Shown here: positions 54,646 to 64,000 of the stretch, one piece after another | How positions within the stretch are numbered: position 1 is the stretch's first letter | Layout: the number at the start of each line of letters is the position of its first letter | DNA from: an uncultured Rivularia sp. | GTDB taxonomy: Bacteria > Cyanobacteriota > Cyanobacteriia > Cyanobacteriales > Nostocaceae | Assembly (NCBI GenBank): GCA_963665115.1 | Contig: OY762007.1 | Coordinates: 2,880,001-2,944,000, forward strand | DNA length: 64,000 bases | Direction of reading: 5' to 3' | Program-made: the position numbers and the translations under genes | Notes under the pieces: model-generated | Told to the model about the DNA's origin: nothing | Seen by the model: only the letters and a program-made list of their open reading frames with translations | Databases searched by the model: none

Positions 54646-56672
54646 GCGGTATCGTAGGTATTTGCTACCTGGATAAAAGTCCTGTAGAACAACAAAATAT
54701 AGCGCGAATGATTGATACATTGGCGCATCGGGGACCTGATGGTGCAGACATCTGGGTAGATGGTTCTGTGGGCTTAGGACACCGGATGTTATGGACTACT
54801 CCTGAGTCTTTGATAGAAAAACTGCCTTTAGTCAATCAAAGGGGCGATATAGTTCTTACTTCTGATTGTCGCATAGATAATCGCGAAGAGTTGATTGCTG
54901 CATTACAGTTAAATAATCGTTCCTCCGAGAAAATTACTGATAGTGAATTAGTTCTGGGTGCCTATGAGAAATGGGGTGAAGAATGTCCGGAACATTTGTT
55001 AGGTGATTTTGTCTTTGCCATTTGGGATAAGCGAAAACAGACTTTGTTTTGTGCTAGAGATCATATGGGGGTTAAGCCATTTTATTATTTCCATCAGCCG
55101 GGTAAACTGTTTGCTTTTGGTAGCGAGATAAAAGCGCTGTTATCTTTGCAGGATGTACCGCGAAGGCTGAATGAAATTAAGGTAGGCGACTATCTAGCAT
55201 CAAATTTTCAAGATAAAGTTGAAACCTTTTATCAAGATATCTTTCGTCTTCCACCTGCGAGTTGTTTAACTTTAAATCGGAAAGGATTGCAAATTCGTTC
55301 TTATTGGTCTCTCGATCCAGAGCGCGAATTATGTTTAAGTTCTGATGAGGAGTATGCAGAGGCATTGCAGGAAATCTTTGCAGAATCAGTACGGTGTCGG
55401 TTGCGTAGCGCTTTTCCTGTAGGTTCTCATCTCAGTGGTGGACTGGATTCTTCTTCTGTCACCTGTATGGCACGGAAAATTTTAGAAGAAAAGAATTCTA
55501 AGTTACATACTTTCTCTAATATATTTGATACAGTTACTCAATGTGACGAACGCCCTTTTATCGAAGCTGTACTTGCTCAGGGCGGAATGAATCCTCACTA
55601 CGTCCACGGCGATGAACTCGGACCTCTATCAGACTTAAAACGAATCTTTAAATATCACGACGAAGTATTTTTTGGTCCCACTCATTTTCTAGTTTGGGTA
55701 GCCAACCTTGCAACAGAGAATCAAGGTATCCGAATTGTACTTGATGGCTTTGACGGCGATACCACAATTTCTCACGGTGATGGTTATTTTACCGAACTAG
55801 CACACAAAGGACAATGGGCTGCTTTTGCCAAGCAAGCGAATGATATTGTTCAACGTGCGGGGGGTGGTTCACCTTTAAATATTCTGAGGAGTTCTGGTCT
55901 TACTTATGTAGAAGACTTAGCACGAAAATCAAACTGGCTTGGTTTTGCCAAAGAAACTCGTCAGATATCCAAATACTTTGATATCTCCCAGCAACAGATT
56001 CTTGTGCAACATGGCTTAAAGCCATTGATTCCTGAGTCTGGGCGGCTAGCTTGGCGAAAACTACGCGGACACAATGAGCCGATGCTTAACGCCAATTGGC
56101 TATTTAACCGCAGCTTTGCTCAAAAAATCGGCTTGAAAAAACGTATTAAGGCTTTAGATGAATCTCAGTCTCATCTTCCCGTGACAGAAAGGGAGTATCA
56201 CTGGCGTTATCTAACTTGGGGCTTAGTCGGGTATGCGATGGAGACGTTGGATAAATCATATGCAACCTTTTCAATCGAAGCCCGTCATCCATTCATGGAT
56301 AAACGATTAATTGAATTTTGTCTCTCCTTACCGCCGCAGCAAAAGCTCAACCAAGGATGGACTCGCTTAGTTATGCGCCGTGCCATGCAGAATATTCTTC
56401 CCGAACAAGTGCAGTGGCGACAAACTAAATCTAAAATGACTGCTAGCTTTATACATGGGCTACTCAATCTAAACCGTCAGGTGTTAGATGATTTGATGCA
56501 AAATCACCTTGAGCCAATCGCTACCTACGTAGATATAAATGCTCTGCGTCAAGGCTATGAAAAATTGACATCTAGTAGCAAGATTGGTTCTTATGAAAAT
56601 TCCATATTAATTGAAATATGGAAAGCAGTTACCCTTAGCTTCTGGTTGCGTCACAGCCAGATTGAGTATTAA
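54642..56672 (+). CDS. Lasso peptide isopeptide-bond cyclase (C), copy 1
   Basis: Asparagine-synthetase fold with Ser at position 2 (no catalytic Cys), HRGPDG, LSGGLDSS, GFDGD, R-PF-D. Confidence 0.93.
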   Translation: MSGIVGICYLDKSPVEQQNIARMIDTLAHRGPDGADIWVDGSVGLGHRMLWTTPESLIEKLPLVNQRGDIVLTSDCRIDNREELIAALQLNNRSSEKITDSELVLGAYEKWGEECPEHLLGDFVFAIWDKRKQTLFCARDHMGVKPFYYFHQPGKLFAFGSEIKALLSLQDVPRRLNEIKVGDYLASNFQDKVETFYQDIFRLPPASCLTLNRKGLQIRSYWSLDPERELCLSSDEEYAEALQEIFAESVRCRLRSAFPVGSHLSGGLDSSSVTCMARKILEEKNSKLHTFSNIFDTVTQCDERPFIEAVLAQGGMNPHYVHGDELGPLSDLKRIFKYHDEVFFGPTHFLVWVANLATENQGIRIVLDGFDGDTTISHGDGYFTELAHKGQWAAFAKQANDIVQRAGGGSPLNILRSSGLTYVEDLARKSNWLGFAKETRQISKYFDISQQQILVQHGLKPLIPESGRLAWRKLRGHNEPMLNANWLFNRSFAQKIGLKKRIKALDESQSHLPVTEREYHWRYLTWGLVGYAMETLDKSYATFSIEARHPFMDKRLIEFCLSLPPQQKLNQGWTRLVMRRAMQNILPEQVQWRQTKSKMTASFIHGLLNLNRQVLDDLMQNHLEPIATYVDINALRQGYEKLTSSSKIGSYENSILIEIWKAVTLSFWLRHSQIEY

Positions 56673-56813
56673 AACAGGTGCATCCCCAATATATATCTAA
56701 CTTCTATTTGTATTATTATCTCATTTCTATCTGTACTCTTATTAAAGCGGGGTATTTCCCAAAAGGAGTACCTCTATCGCGAAACACAAACAAAAACCAC
56801 AGGAATTCAAACA

Positions 56814-57005
56814 ATGAAGAAAACTTACGAAGCACCCAAACTCACCAACCACGGTACAGTAGCTCAAATGACCAATTTCTTTGGTAAAGGAGATGGAGAC
56901 ACTTTAATTGGTCCAGGTCCCAATGATGACACAGGTAACCCTGGTGGTTCCATCGATGCTTGTGCAACATTCGACCAGGGCAACTGCTTCGGTAAAGATA
57001 ATTAA
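56814..57005 (+). CDS. Lasso peptide precursor A1
   Basis: Leader YEAPKLTNHG...MTN (YxxPxL, G, Thr-2); Asp8 in the predicted core; directly after the cyclase. Confidence 0.9.
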   Translation: MKKTYEAPKLTNHGTVAQMTNFFGKGDGDTLIGPGPNDDTGNPGGSIDACATFDQGNCFGKDN

Positions 57006-57020
57006 TTAAGTTTATGAAAG

Positions 57021-57368
57021 AAGCAAGCTGTGCAAATTTGACTGCAACTCGAATGTACATTAAAGGCTTACTTCTGACAAATTCAGCATTACCGAACAAG
57101 TTCTAATCTAATATGAGTACAATACTCATGCTTCAGGGAATTCATCTAATTTGATATCTGTATCTACCATCGAGAGTTCAAAGTCTGAATCAATTCACTT
57201 TGATAAAAGACTTTGAACCTCGACACCTAACAAAGCAATGTCGATTAATTCGTACCAATTTATTTGCTTGAGAAGTCAAAGTAAGCAATTGTAAATTCGA
57301 CTGCAACTCGAATGTACATCTAAAACTTAACTCTGACAATTTCAGCATTACCGAACAAGCTCTAATCT
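57021..57368. repeat. ~87-bp imperfect direct repeat (57021-57109 and 57283-57368) around a long hairpin
   Basis: Shared GACTGCAACTCGAATGTACAT and TTCAGCATTACCGAACAAG blocks. Confidence 0.85.
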
Positions 57369-57553
57369 GTCCTCAATATAGCATTAATTAATTAAGTTGC
57401 AGGTGTAATTAAATACGTCTGGCTACTGCGTGATGTCTTTTTTTAGAAGTTAATTGAATTTAACATCCTACTTAAGACAGAAAAATCATATTTTTATCTA
57501 AACAATATCCTTACTTTCTACCTCTTAAGCAAGATGTAATTTACCAATTAAAT

Positions 57554-58489
57554 ATGTTCACCTATTCTGCCTACAATCTTCGTATTGACTCTGAAATTTT
57601 CTTCTCCGAACTTGTAACTTCTCAGGAGGACTTAAGCCGAATCGAACAACTACCCCAAATAATCATACAGCAACGTGAAATCAATCGCTCAGAAATTAAA
57701 AATGCGAATGGTGGCGATCGCTTTGTAGGATATTTAGAAATAAATAAATTACAGTCGTGTAGGTTTTTAGTAGAATTTGGTCGCAAGATTGTGATTGAGC
57801 CTGTCTTAGGAATCGCAGACAATATTATTCGTCCCTGTATTCTCGGTCCGATATTTAGCGTACTGCTGAGGCAAAGAGGACTGCTGGTTGTCCATGCTAG
57901 TTGTGTTGGTATTGATGATGAAGCTGTTGCATTCCTTGGAAATTCAGGATGGGGTAAGTCAACCTTGGCTAATGCTTTTTATAACCAAGGATATCCCCTA
58001 CTTACCGATGATGTAATGGCAATTGAGATTAACAAAGGAAATGAAAGCAATGCAATTACTTTTCCTGCTTATCCCTGTGTGAAACTGCTGCCAGATTCGG
58101 CTGCCAGTTTAGGATACGATTTTGAGGAACTAGCTGTAATTAACTCAGGTTTACTCAAGCGTCATAACAGTCTTACTGAAAAATTTGTACAAAAGCCTTT
58201 ACCCGTCAAGCGAATATACGCATTAGAAAATATTGCAGCCCCTCGTCATGAAGTGCAAACGCTTTCTTCTCAAGATGCACTTGTAGAATTGGTTCGTCAT
58301 TCTCGTGTTACGAATTTATTGACTACTCCTGAATTCACTAGTGCTCATTTGCATCAATGTACGCAACTGATAAAAAAAGTACCTGTTTATCGTTTGAGAA
58401 GACAAAAAACGCTAGCCGCACTTCCCGATTTAGTAAAACTTATAGAAGATGACGTTGCCAAAAGTAATCGTGTAATATCATATACCTAA
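57554..58489 (+). CDS. HPr-kinase-like lasso peptide kinase, copy 1
   Basis: HAS, GNSGWGKST Walker A, LTDD. Confidence 0.85.
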   Translation: MFTYSAYNLRIDSEIFFSELVTSQEDLSRIEQLPQIIIQQREINRSEIKNANGGDRFVGYLEINKLQSCRFLVEFGRKIVIEPVLGIADNIIRPCILGPIFSVLLRQRGLLVVHASCVGIDDEAVAFLGNSGWGKSTLANAFYNQGYPLLTDDVMAIEINKGNESNAITFPAYPCVKLLPDSAASLGYDFEELAVINSGLLKRHNSLTEKFVQKPLPVKRIYALENIAAPRHEVQTLSSQDALVELVRHSRVTNLLTTPEFTSAHLHQCTQLIKKVPVYRLRRQKTLAALPDLVKLIEDDVAKSNRVISYT

Positions 58490-58583
58490 AAAAACTTGTT
58501 GTAAGCTAACTTAGCTACTTGCTAGAGATAACTTATTTGAAGTTTAATAACTAATTTCTGTATCGATAAAAACTATTCCAACA

Positions 58584-60398
58584 ATGCAAGCAGGCAAATT
58601 AAAAGAAAAATTCCAAAGTACGCAACGCCTATTGCCTGCTTTGCGACTGGTTTGGCAAAGTAGCCCTCGCTGGACGATCGCCCGCGTAGTAATTTTGATT
58701 GTTCAAGGTATTCTGCCTGTAGTGGGAATTTATCTGGGCAAACTAATTATAGATACAGTAGCAGCCAGCCTCACTACTGCCGATAAAACCGCAGCTTTTA
58801 ATAATGTAATATTTTTCGTTATCTTAGCAGCAGCAATCGCCCTATTAACTAACCTTGCTAACTCCCTCGGACAATTAGTTACTACCGCTCATTCCCAGCG
58901 AGTAACCGATTATATGCAGGGAATTATTCAAGCGAAATCAATTGCGGCAGATTTAGAATACTACGAAAATCCCGTATACTACGACGTATTACAAAGAGCG
59001 CAACAAGAAGCGCCTTACCGACCTCCGCAAATCCTAAATCGTTTGGCACAGGTTGGTCAAAATGCGATTACTTTAGTTGGGATGATTGCTTTACTGCTGT
59101 CGCTGCACTGGGGAATACCCGGTGTTCTTTTTGTTGCATCCTTTCCGGCTATGGTAGTGCGAGTAAAATATTCTCAGATAATGTATCGCTGGCAGCGCAA
59201 AAAAACACCAATGGAACGTCAGGCAGCTTACTTGGGCTATATGCTGACGGTAGACCAGTTTGCTAAAGAAATTCGTTTATTTAATTTAGGTTCTCACTTC
59301 TCTCAAGCGTATCTTCGCATCCGCAAACAGATATATAAAGAAAGTCTTGCGATTCTAACCGGACGTTCTTTAGCTAGTTTTGCAGTTGAGGCGATCGCCG
59401 CTATTTTAATTTTTGCAATTTATTCTTATATTATTTATCAAACTATCAACGGTGTGCTGCGTTTGGGGGATTTAGTCCTGTACTATCAAGCGTTGCAGCG
59501 GGGACAGGGCAATATCAAAGGTTTATTGAACAGTTTATCTGGACTTTATGAGGATAACTTGTTTCTGGCGAATCTCTACGAATTCCTTGATATTAAACCC
59601 AAGTTAATCGATCCTCCCAACCCCGAACCAATTCCTCATCCAATGAAAACTGGGATTGAATTTAAAAATGTCGGTTTTCAATATTCCACAACTACCCGTC
59701 AGGCACTTAAAAATATTAACCTGACAATTAAACCTGGGGAAGTAGTAGCCTTGGTGGGGGAAAATGGTTCAGGTAAAACTACTTTAATTAAACTTTTATG
59801 TAGATTGTACGACCCTACCGAAGGCAGAATTACCATCGATGGTATCGATCTAAGTCAATTTAAAACTGAAGAATTACGCCGTCAAATCAGCGTGATTTTT
59901 CAAGACTATGCAAAATATCACTTTACTGCTCAGGAAAATATTTGGTTGGGAAACATAGATTTACCACCGCAAAGCGACAGCATCATTAAAGCAGCACGGC
60001 GTTCTGGTGCGGATGATGTAATAAAAAAATTACCCAAAGGTTACGATACCATCTTGGGTAAATTATTTGACAAAGGCGAAGAACTTAGTATTGGACAGTG
60101 GCAAAAAGTTGCTTTAGCGCGGGCATTTTTGCGAGATTCCCAGCTAATTGTTTTGGATGAACCCACCAGCGCAATGGACCCCAAAGCAGAATATGAAGTG
60201 TTTGAAAAGTTCCGCCAATTAATTAAAAATCAATCCGCGATTTTGATTAGCCATCGCTTATCTACCGTGAAAATGGCCGATCGGATATACGTCATGGATA
60301 ATGGAACAATTGTCGAAGGTGGTACCCATCAGGAGTTGATGAAGTTGAAGGGTACCTACGCTCATTTGTTTGAAATACAAGCTAGTCAGTATATGTAA
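58584..60398 (+). CDS. ABC transporter, fused permease and ATPase (lasso D)
   Basis: GENGSGKTT, LSIGQWQK, LDEPTS, SHRLST. Confidence 0.93.
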   Translation: MQAGKLKEKFQSTQRLLPALRLVWQSSPRWTIARVVILIVQGILPVVGIYLGKLIIDTVAASLTTADKTAAFNNVIFFVILAAAIALLTNLANSLGQLVTTAHSQRVTDYMQGIIQAKSIAADLEYYENPVYYDVLQRAQQEAPYRPPQILNRLAQVGQNAITLVGMIALLLSLHWGIPGVLFVASFPAMVVRVKYSQIMYRWQRKKTPMERQAAYLGYMLTVDQFAKEIRLFNLGSHFSQAYLRIRKQIYKESLAILTGRSLASFAVEAIAAILIFAIYSYIIYQTINGVLRLGDLVLYYQALQRGQGNIKGLLNSLSGLYEDNLFLANLYEFLDIKPKLIDPPNPEPIPHPMKTGIEFKNVGFQYSTTTRQALKNINLTIKPGEVVALVGENGSGKTTLIKLLCRLYDPTEGRITIDGIDLSQFKTEELRRQISVIFQDYAKYHFTAQENIWLGNIDLPPQSDSIIKAARRSGADDVIKKLPKGYDTILGKLFDKGEELSIGQWQKVALARAFLRDSQLIVLDEPTSAMDPKAEYEVFEKFRQLIKNQSAILISHRLSTVKMADRIYVMDNGTIVEGGTHQELMKLKGTYAHLFEIQASQYM

Positions 60399-60617
60399 GG
60401 TTCGTATTTAGGTTCGTAGTAAGGACTTTAGTCCTCTGGCTTTGGGACTAAAGTCCTTACTACGAACAAAAAAATGATTATATAAAGACGTAACAACGTC
60501 ATTTTAAAGAGTATATAAAGTGTAAAAAAAAACATAGTACTATCACTATATTAAAGACTATATTTAATACAGCAGAGCAAACAAGGCCAACCAACTAGCA
60601 TTCAACAGTTACAGAAA

Positions 60618-60935
60618 ATGACTTATCCACAACCTGACGTGCGCGAAATTGCAGAATCATCAATAGTAGTAGCTGCTGAAGAGCAAATCTCTTCCGACCT
60701 TGGCGGCGAATCAGTTATCCTGAACATGAAAACAGGAGTCTACCACGGTTTAAATGAAGTGGGTGCGCGGGTGTGGGATTTGATTGAGAAGCCAAAAGCT
60801 GTGAAAGAGATCAAACAGGTACTCCTCAAAGAGTACGAAGTTGAGCCAGATGTTTGCACCAACGACCTGTTCTCACTATTAAATAATTTAAAAACCGCAG
60901 GGCTAATTAAAGTAACAAATGAAACTGCTGCGTAA
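60618..60935 (+). CDS. PqqD-family RRE (lasso B1), copy 2
   Basis: QISSDLGGESVILN...YHGLNEVGARVWDLI. Confidence 0.93.
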   Translation: MTYPQPDVREIAESSIVVAAEEQISSDLGGESVILNMKTGVYHGLNEVGARVWDLIEKPKAVKEIKQVLLKEYEVEPDVCTNDLFSLLNNLKTAGLIKVTNETAA

Positions 60936-61356
60936 GCTTTGGAATCTGAGAAAAGTTAATTTTTACTTCTTATTTGTTACTTACTTTTTACTAGGAGCAA
61001 TTCGGTTAGGGTTGCTGTTGCTGGAATTTCGCATCTTATTAAAGATAATAAATAAACTTATTACGATAAATTTGCCACTCCCTAATGCTCGTTTAAGTCA
61101 AATTCTTTGGGGTGTCAATGTTGCAACCCGCTATATGCCAGGTGGTGCAAAGTGTTTAGCAAGAGCTTTAACTACTCAAGTATTGATGAGTCATAGTGGT
61201 TTTCCCCCGGAATTGTGCATAGGGGTTGCTAAAGGAGAGAAAGGAGAATTAGAAGCGCACGCTTGGATTAAATATCAGGGATACGTTGTTATCGGTTATC
61301 TACCAGATCTACCACGCTACATTCAACTACCATCCCTTGAAGGAATTAAATTATGA
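60919..61356 (+). CDS. Lasso leader peptidase B2 (transglutaminase-like)
   Basis: CLARAL catalytic Cys; AHAW His motif. Confidence 0.93.
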   Translation: MKLLRKLWNLRKVNFYFLFVTYFLLGAIRLGLLLLEFRILLKIINKLITINLPLPNARLSQILWGVNVATRYMPGGAKCLARALTTQVLMSHSGFPPELCIGVAKGEKGELEAHAWIKYQGYVVIGYLPDLPRYIQLPSLEGIKL

Positions 61357-63281
61357 GCGGCATCGTAGGTATTCACTACTTTGACGAACGTCCTGTAGAC
61401 CGCGAAAACTTAACAAAAATGGTTGATATATTGGCGCATCGCGGCCCAGATGGTGCAGATATCTGGGTTGATGGGTGCGTTGGTTTGGGACACAGGATGT
61501 TATGGACTACTCCCGAATCACTTATAGAAAAGCTACCTTTGGTAAATCAGAGGGGCGATTTAGTAATTACAGCAGATGCTCGGATTGACAATCGCGATGA
61601 ATTGATAGCTGCTTTACAGATAAATAATCGTCCTGCTGATAAGATTACAGATAGCGAGCTGATACTGGCAGCATACGGGAAATGGGGCGAAGATTGCCCA
61701 AAGCATTTATTAGGTGACTTTGCATTTGCGATTTGGGATCGGCGTAAGCAGATGTTATTTTGCGCTAGAGACCATTTTGGGGTGAAGCCTTTCTACTATT
61801 ACTCTGCTAACAATACTTTTGTTTTTGGTAGCGAGATAAAAGCAATCTTTTGTTTACCAGAGGTTCCTCGTGAGATTAATGAGGTAAAAGTTGCTGAGTA
61901 CTTATCTATAGAAACAGACGATAAAAGTATCACTTTTTATAATGACATTTTGCGGCTTCCTCCTGCCTGTAAAATGATTGTAAAGAGTAAAACTGTGGAA
62001 TTACAGTCTTATTGGTCTCTTGATTTTACTCGCGAGTTGCGATTGAGTTCGGACGAAGAATATGCAGATACTTTCCGTAAAATCTTTACTGAAGCAGTAC
62101 GCTGTAGATTGCGTAGCGCTTTTCCTATAGGCTCAATGTTAAGCGGTGGCTTGGATTCTTCGTCTATCACCTGTGTAGCACGGAAGTTCATCGCAGAGAA
62201 AGAAGAAAAAAATAAATTACACACTTTCTCAGCAGTTTTTGATAAAGTAACCGAATGCGATGAGCGTGTTTTTCAAGATGCAGTTCTTGCCCAAGGAAAT
62301 ATTGAACCGCATCACTTTCATGCTGATGGATTCAGTCCTTTAACCGATTTTGAACAAGTTCTTTGGCATCAAGATGAAGCTTATTCTGCTGGTAACTTAT
62401 ATTTAAATTGGAATCTTTATAAACCTGCTAGAAAAAATGGTGTTCGCGTTATTTTAGATGGATTTGATGGAGACAGTACCGTATCTCATGGTTTAGGATA
62501 TTTAACTGAATTAGCCAGTAAGGAGCAATGGTTTCAATTAGCTATACATATAAGAAATTACTGTACAAGAATAGGTAAACCTTGGCAAGAAGACTTATGG
62601 AGTTGGATATGGGTTTATAAAATTAATCCTATTATTTGCAAATCTCGCATTCTTACTAAAGCATGGCGCAAATCACAAAAATTGTTTCAAAAAAATCAAC
62701 TTCAAAAACCAGCTTGGAGAAGATTAATTAATTCAGAATTTGTTAAGCAAATTAACTTAATTGAGCGTCTAAGAAATCAACCAAATCCCCCAACAACCGA
62801 ACGGGAAACACAATACCGTTGTTTGATGGAAGCAGGTATGGTTCGTACTCTGGAAAATTTAGATAGAACAGCAAAAGCATATGGAATTGAACTTCGGTTT
62901 CCTTTCTGGGATAAGCGGCTTATAGAATTCTGTCTATCTTTACCTCCGGAGCAAAAGATATCAAAGGGTTGGACTCGGATGGTAATGCGTCGAGCGATGA
63001 AAGATATCCTACCGCAAAAAGTGCAATGGCGAGTCGGTAAATCAAATATGCATCCAGGATTTGAAAGAGGATTGCTCGAATTTGAGCGATTGCGCTTAGA
63101 GCAAATCATTTTACATAACCCGAAAGTAATTGAAAAGTATGTAAATATCGCTGCCCTACAGCAAGCATATCACCGCTACCTGTCTAAACAAGCAACAGTG
63201 GAAGAAGTTAACTCTATTTGGAAAGCTTTTTCTCTAGCTCTGTGGTTAGAACACAAGAATTTGCCAAAACAGAGCTTGTAA
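61353..63281 (+). CDS. Lasso peptide cyclase (C), copy 2
   Basis: Paralog of 54642; LSGGLDSS, GFDGD, RFPFWD. Confidence 0.93.
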   Translation: MSGIVGIHYFDERPVDRENLTKMVDILAHRGPDGADIWVDGCVGLGHRMLWTTPESLIEKLPLVNQRGDLVITADARIDNRDELIAALQINNRPADKITDSELILAAYGKWGEDCPKHLLGDFAFAIWDRRKQMLFCARDHFGVKPFYYYSANNTFVFGSEIKAIFCLPEVPREINEVKVAEYLSIETDDKSITFYNDILRLPPACKMIVKSKTVELQSYWSLDFTRELRLSSDEEYADTFRKIFTEAVRCRLRSAFPIGSMLSGGLDSSSITCVARKFIAEKEEKNKLHTFSAVFDKVTECDERVFQDAVLAQGNIEPHHFHADGFSPLTDFEQVLWHQDEAYSAGNLYLNWNLYKPARKNGVRVILDGFDGDSTVSHGLGYLTELASKEQWFQLAIHIRNYCTRIGKPWQEDLWSWIWVYKINPIICKSRILTKAWRKSQKLFQKNQLQKPAWRRLINSEFVKQINLIERLRNQPNPPTTERETQYRCLMEAGMVRTLENLDRTAKAYGIELRFPFWDKRLIEFCLSLPPEQKISKGWTRMVMRRAMKDILPQKVQWRVGKSNMHPGFERGLLEFERLRLEQIILHNPKVIEKYVNIAALQQAYHRYLSKQATVEEVNSIWKAFSLALWLEHKNLPKQSL

Positions 63282-63500
63282 AAATATGTATGAAATTTAT
63301 CCTATCAAGAACCCGGTTTTTTTACTAATTACACAACAAAAAAATTATGGTTTGACTAAAAAACCGGGTTTCTTAAGATTTATTAATCCAAGATATCAAT
63401 TTAAATCAAGTTATAGAACGTTTTACTTTACGTCCAATCTTTATATGAAGCGAAATATAATTCGCACCAAAAATCTCGTAAACAATAAGGACTTCAAACT

Positions 63501-63669
63501 ATGAATTCTCAAATTAAAAAGTCTTACATCGCACCTGAATTGACTACTCACGGTAACGTTGAGGAAATCACTTTACAAGGGGTCTTTACAGAATGCAGAT
63601 GTACCTAACGGACCTAATGGCACTGCTAACTGTTTTGCAGGTAGTACAGATCCATCTTGTATCTCATAG
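63501..63669 (+). CDS. Lasso peptide precursor A2, with an apparent +1 frameshift in GGGG at 63579-63582
   Basis: Leader MNSQIKKSYIAPELTTHGNVEEITL. As read it stops at 63608; removing one G gives core QGSLQNADVPNGPNGTANCFAGSTDPSCIS*. Confidence 0.82.
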
Positions 63670-63830
63670 TCTAAGCAATTGCTACTGATAAAAAAGTAGC
63701 TTCTGATTAGGTAAATGACAGGAAGTAGATGTCTATAATATTGGCATCTACTCCCATTCATTTACTCTTACAAACTATAGAGCACAAGTTTTAGCTTATT
63801 AAATAATTGATTCTATTAAAAGAAAAACAA

Positions 63831-64000
63831 ATGTATTTTTATAAAGCATACGGTCTTTTATTTCGCTGTAGCTTTGATTTACCAGAATTTATCACTACTG
63901 AAGAAGCAGAACCTGATGTTGTAATCACTCGGGGTAAGATAGAACATTCTTTTCCCGAGCATATACCCGCCCAAGGCTACTTTTATGCTACAGAAAATGA
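63831..64000 (+). CDS. 5' part of a second HPr-kinase-like lasso kinase
   Basis: MYFYKAYGLLFRCSFDLPEF...PDVVIT resembles MFTYSAYNLRIDSEIFFSEL of copy 1; same position after the precursor. Confidence 0.7.
   Translation, partial: MYFYKAYGLLFRCSFDLPEFITTEEAEPDVVITRGKIEHSFPEHIPAQGYFYATEN

Noticed and set aside
54642..63281. Asparagine synthetase (asnB) call for the two large ORFs
   Set aside because: The N-terminal catalytic Cys is replaced by Ser, and the B1/B2/precursor context indicates lasso cyclases.

Overview
AT-rich chromosomal window from a filamentous, probably heterocyst-forming cyanobacterium (Nostocales-like). Evidence: frequent HIP1 GCGATCGC octamers, heptamer STRR arrays, chlB, ycf37, and hepA/hepC-like genes. 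About 1-31 kb is housekeeping and accessory genes (GT39-like, UvrD-type helicase, rpmI-rplT, chlB, rnz, cobU, CyRepA1-like primase-helicase, a DUF433/DUF5615 TA pair, and a metalloprotease plus TIMP-like partner islet). About 31.5-51.7 kb is a large exopolysaccharide locus. After tRNA-Gln(UUG) comes the most notable feature: a tandemly duplicated lasso-peptide cluster, B1-(decayed B2)-C-A1-kinase-ABC-B1-B2-C-A2-kinase. It has two unusual precursors with Cys pairs, and the second is hidden by a one-base frameshift and missed by the ORF track. Small mobile repeats (REP/REPIN-like hairpins, MITEs, a HIP1-targeted insert) are dense, nested in each other and inserted into genes. Several genes carry small insertions, mostly at short G/C runs, which are probably sequencing errors. 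All product calls come from motif recognition by eye; no database searches were run.
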